Shown here one piece after another: positions 59,327-64,000 of a stretch of 64,000 nt of DNA. The position numbers and the translations under genes are program-made. Each line of letters opens with the position of its first letter. The stretch's first letter is position 1. The notes under the pieces are model-generated. The model was given only the letters and a program-made list of their open reading frames with translations. It was not told where the DNA came from and did no database searches. The stretch lies in contig CM022669.1 of assembly GCA_012295275.1 (NCBI GenBank), forward strand, positions 558,001 to 622,000. The letters run 5' to 3'. This DNA is from Chrysomallon squamiferum. Lineage: Eukaryota > Animalia > Mollusca.

Positions 59327-59680
59327 CAAACACATAAATAAATAATGTGATACTGAAAAATCAAACAAACAAACACATAAATAAATAATGTGATACTGAA
59401 AAATCAAATAAATAAACACATAAATAAATAATGTGATACTGTAAAATAAATAAACAAACATAAAATAAATAATGTGATACTGTAAAATCAAATAAACAAA
59501 CACATAAATAAATAATGTGATACTGTAAAATCAAATAAATAAACAAAACATAAATAAATAATGTGATATTGTAAAATTAAATAAATAAACAAACACATAA
59601 ATAAATAATGTGATATTGTAAAATTAAATAAATAAACAAACACATAAATAAATAATGTGATACTGCAAAATCAAATAAAT
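59327..59680. repeat. About 45-bp AT-rich intronic minisatellite (core ACATAAATAAATAATGTGATACTG)
   Basis: About 8 copies next to the exon 7 acceptor. Confidence 0.88.
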
Positions 59681-60046
59681 ATGAAATTAATAAAGGATGA
59701 AACATACAAGCAAATAAATAAATAAATAGAATTATTAAGTAGTGGATTAATTCTGTTTAGTTTTAATGTTTCCTATAATTTGATATTAAAGTTGTTTTTT
59801 TTACAACAAAATGGCTGACATCTAACATAATAAATGGATCTATCTTGTAAAACATTTAAATAATTTACTGGTAAAATATTTTAAATAATATTACTACTAA
59901 TAATAATTTTATCAATAACAATAACAATAACAATTATTATTATTATTAGTAGTATTATAATAATAATAATAATTATTATTATTATTAGTAGTAGTATTAT
60001 AATTATTATTATTATTATTATTATTATAATTATTATGAAGTGGAAC

Positions 60047-60157
60047 CTGATTAAGCAATGGTGTAACTGCATCGTCTCGTCTGTCTAGAATCAACAACAC
60101 CGGAGCAACATCAGTTTTACGAAACTCAAACAATGAGGCCTCCTTGTTTATTACTTG
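60047..60157 (-). CDS. VPS45: VPS45 exon 6 ([37 protein letters not shown])
   Basis: LLILDRxDDxxTPLLNQ Sec1 motif; donor CAG|gttcca. Confidence 0.95.
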
Positions 60158-60573
60158 CTGAAAATAACAGAATACAGAGACTGACAGATAGACAGACAGT
60201 CAGAAAGAGAAAAGGTAAGGAGGAAGTAATGGAGAGAGGGGGAGAAAATGATTGTTTGCAGATAGAAAGATATAAAAAAATGTATTAAGTCTACTACTCC
60301 ACATGTTTCAAAATCAATCATGGAGAAAATTCTTCTACAATCGTTAATGTTTTATTTTCATACTTGATATCACAGGACTAAAAATGATTAAATTTATAGT
60401 GACATATTTTCATTTAAAAATATCATTTTAAAAAACATTTGTGATTTGACAGACATTTGATATCATCAGTATTAATCCATCAGTCAGTCTGCTGTAGTTA
60501 AAACGCTGATGAATGCAAGAAGCACAGAACACAGTATTAAAGAAAATGGTGATATTGTTAAAAATGCTCTTAC

Positions 60574-60712
60574 TCTGACACTCTCAGCCAGCTTTCTGCA
60601 CATTTCTGATGAATTCTGATAACGAATCATTGGACATTTTTTTCAGTGACAACAACACTGATGTCAGACCCTGAACTGTGCGCAACAGCTTCGGCTGTGA
60701 CCAGTTTAAATT
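60574..60712 (-). CDS. VPS45: VPS45 exon 5 (NLNWSQPKLLRTVQGLTSVLLSLKK / CPMIRYQNSSEMCRKLAESVR), with an apparent 1-nt insertion
   Basis: 139 nt between phase-0 splice sites; homology switches frame at the T7 run 60637-60643. Confidence 0.9.
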
Positions 60713-61227
60713 CTGAAAATGATCAGTGTTTCGTTTTAACAGTTGTAAATAAATTACGTAAATGTTAATAACAAATTTATTCATTTTCTGTTAACATAAT
60801 AAAATGTATTTGAAACATAAATTATTTTAAAACATGTAAATTTGTGGTCATCATTTTATTAGATAAATTTGCTACATTTATTAAATTGTCTGCAAGGATG
60901 TTTAACTGTGTCAGTATCGAATAAACAGGCTAATAAAATTATTATGTTTCAAAGGTATTATTTTATTGTTATGAGTGACCTATCATAACTCATATGACAT
61001 AACACAGTTAAAATAATTTGAACTCAACCATTTTTTCAATTACATAGCGGTCATCAAACATGATATCACAACTACAAGAAATGTCACTTTTTAAAAATGT
61101 CTTCTACTCTTCATTTATACCCCTTTAATTAAGCCAGGAAAGAAACAAAAAAAAAAAAAAAACTTGGAAATGTATTTAAGCTGTTTCTTTACTTCATCAA
61201 ACTGCATTTAACAAGTTAAATAAATAC

Positions 61228-61296
61228 CTGACACGCTTCAGCGACATTCACAGAGAAAAGATGAGGATTGACAGCAATGTAGTCTGCAAAATACTC
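61228..61296 (-). CDS. VPS45: VPS45 exon 4 (EYFADYIAVNPHLFSVNVAEACQ)
   Basis: DYIAVNPHLFS motif; AG/GT boundaries. Confidence 0.94.
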
Positions 61297-61584
61297 CTGT
61301 AAAACAACAACCAAAAATTATAAATCTAACATTTTTATAATCTTTAAAATAAAATTTTAAAAATATTCTGCTCACTGCTTTTTTATGTAAAATCTTCATG
61401 GAGACATCTGGGGAGAAATCATTTACTTAGAGATACTGTATATTGAGACAAATTTTTTAATTTCAGTAAGTTTGGCTTACTTGTGCAAAAGATATAAAAG
61501 ACAATGAATTTAACACAAATTGTATTTCAGATTTTTTCACATATAAATGTACTCAGTTGATCTATTTTTATAAATTGTTTGTAC

Positions 61585-61664
61585 CTGCACTTCTCTAATC
61601 ACCTCCTGATCATCTGCTTCAGCTAAAACTTTCACATCCTGTTTACTGATCACATTGCTGAAAT
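61585..61664 (-). CDS. VPS45: VPS45 exon 3 ((Y)FSNVISKQDVKVLAEADDQEVIREVQ)
   Basis: FSNVISKxDVKxLAEAD motif; phase 1 to phase 0. Confidence 0.95.
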
Positions 61665-62219
61665 CTGATACGAGAAGGTTTCTACAGGTGTAAACTTGAC
61701 GAAATGACAAGTTTATGTAGTTATGATAAATGACAAGTTTATGTAGTGATGACAAAATTACAAATTTATGTAGTGACAACAAAATGACAAGTTTATGTAA
61801 TTATGACAAAATGATCAGGTTATAATTTCAATCTCAGAATGAACCAACAACTTAATATATAAAATGCTAATGTTTATTTCAAGTTAATGAAATCTAAACA
61901 ATGCAGATTAATAATAACAAATAAAAAATTTAAAAAGCAATATGTACTTTCTAATCCTTTACTGCAATCTGATTAGCACTTACACACATAAATGCACACA
62001 CACACAAACACATTCTCACACAAAACACAATATACACATTCACACATACTCAAATACAGATTGATTTATATATATTTGTTTCTCTCACTACAAAAATTGC
62101 ACTGCTAAATTAACAAGTTTTAAATTAAATAAATAACAAAAAATATCTAGTTTCAAAAACTGATACTGACTTGAACTCTAATTCATTTAGCATGTTTATT
62201 ATAGTTGTTATTTACTTAC

Positions 62220-62415
62220 AAACATAGTAGAGTCCATACTTTGGCATTCTTAGCTCCTGTGAGAGCAGTTCCACATTTTCTTTAGTTGGTCGAAGAAAAC
62301 AAATACATTTGAGATGTTTCATGTTCTCGCGACCAGTCGAGTCAATCCTCTCAAAGAGATACACTTCTTTTTGTAAGATTTCTGACTGAGCATACACCAT
62401 GCTCACCACACTGGT
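62220..62415 (-). CDS. VPS45: VPS45 exon 2 ([25 protein letters not shown]...[15 protein letters not shown]...PKYGLYYV)
   Basis: Diagnostic [16 protein letters not shown]; AG/GT boundaries. Confidence 0.96.
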
Positions 62416-63447
62416 CTGTGATAACAAAACACACACAGTGAGGTACATTTATTTATTTCTGATATTTTTGTAACATTTATGATTAAACTATTCATAAAAA
62501 AAAATATTTATCTAACACACAGGATAATATAGGATAAATTGATGACCTTTGTTGTAATTTTCAGGCAATACAGCATTTATGATAAAAACAAGTTTTAGAA
62601 CACACACTCACACGCATGCACATACACACAGATATATATATATATTACTGACAAAGCATTATGTTGCCATTATATGTTTAAAATAATTGTAACTGTGAAA
62701 TCAAGGTGCACCAAAATGCATGTTTTTATTTTTAGATGTAACTATCTGAAAATAGGCATCCATTTTCTTAATGCTTAATTTTTCTGTGTCAGCGTGTGTG
62801 GAATATGTATTTATATGTTTTATTAATATTTTAAATCATTAATGATAATAATTTATGATATTTATAATCCAATTTATTAATATACCAAAAATACAACTGA
62901 AGGCTAAAATATATATCTAACATTTTCGAATTTATTTGTATTTTTCCTCTGTTACATAAAACTCTAGAATAATTATTATTATTTGTTGCAATTTTTATTT
63001 CTGACAGATGGCTAAGTACAAAAACAGGTTACACCTGACCAGCCACACATTAGACTAATATGTAATTCAACACTTCATATCACACACAGATGCAGAGGGG
63101 GATGTATTACCTGTCAGTAATTGTTTCGACAATATTTTATACTGTAATTTTTTGTACACGTTAAATAAATTATTTACATGTCGTTATAAAAACCGAAACT
63201 AATAAATTATGAAACCTTTTTTTCTTTCTTTCTTTCTTTTTTTTTTAACCTTTCTTTGTATAGTGCGATTTATAGTAATCATAATAATAATATTTCTTGT
63301 TATTGTTTATTTACAATTTACAGTATGTACTACATGGTATAAAATGTACCCGGAAGCAGATTTGTTATATTTGTCAGTCTTAACAAAAAAACTGAAAAAG
63401 GTAAATAATAAATTAGTAAATAAAAAAAGTTAATACTATAAAATTAC

Positions 63448-63540
63448 CGTATCCTTGTCCATCAAGAGAACCTTCATCCCGGGTCCACTGTCCTCGATCA
63501 TTTTACTAACATACTGCTTTACTGCCAGAATTACATTCAT
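63448..63540 (-). CDS. VPS45: VPS45 first coding exon ([31 protein letters not shown])
   Basis: ATG at 63540-63538; closely matches the VPS45 N-terminus; donor ACG|gtaatt. Confidence 0.96.
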
Positions 63541-63691
63541 ATTGGCGTGATAAGTAACTTATATTCTCTCCACAAATAAAATATTAACACATTATTTGTA
63601 CTTTCACTCCATAATTATCTCCCTTGCCCAATTGCTTTTCTTGTCTTTATTTTCCACCCTAGTGTTTGTTTTACTGCTACTTCAGATAAAA

Positions 63692-63740
<49 letters not shown>

Positions 63741-64000
63741 CTCTAAACAATGGGTGGACCTGAACTGCAAGACAATTAAGATTACGAAATGTTTGATCCC
63801 TGTTCTAAAATGATATAGAAATTACAACAGAAATTAAATTTGAGTTACTAGGCATTTAAAGGTTAATATATTTGTTTATTTATTTATTTATTTATTAACC
63901 ATTGTGGAATTTATTTTTTAACTTGTGGCGGAAGCATTTTGTGGCTGTCACTACCATTACTACTGCTTTTATTTGCATTATTATTGTTGTTGTTTTTCAG

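Noticed and set aside
54850-63540. Calling VPS45 a pseudogene
   Set aside because: There is only one lesion, in a homopolymer. All splice sites and the remaining frames are conserved.

Overview
AT-rich, microsatellite-dense eukaryotic (metazoan, probably invertebrate) genomic DNA, not prokaryotic. Two spliced protein-coding genes lie on the minus strand. (1) A complete 14-exon VPS45 (Sec1/Munc18 family) CDS at 63540..54850, about 565 aa. It is intact except for one extra base in an A7 homopolymer in exon 5. (2) A C2CD4C-like gene with a large coding exon (11968..13425) and a downstream exon (7242..7350) that begins a second C2 domain. It has a candidate 5' non-coding exon/promoter near 25.0-25.3 kb and probably continues beyond the left window edge. 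The roughly 29 kb between the genes has no recognisable coding sequence but holds several minisatellite arrays (41, 61/46 and 47 bp units; 27 and 18 bp arrays lie just inside the putative first intron) and clusters of CRE, RFX X-box and other motifs. The most unusual element is a 2.65 kb array at 1466..4112, made of a constant 19-mer with variable (GT)n spacers. On the gene's sense strand each copy reads CAG|GTAAAT-CTGAC, a 5' splice-donor motif plus a branch-point-like motif. Almost all other ORFs in the ORF track are simple-repeat artefacts.
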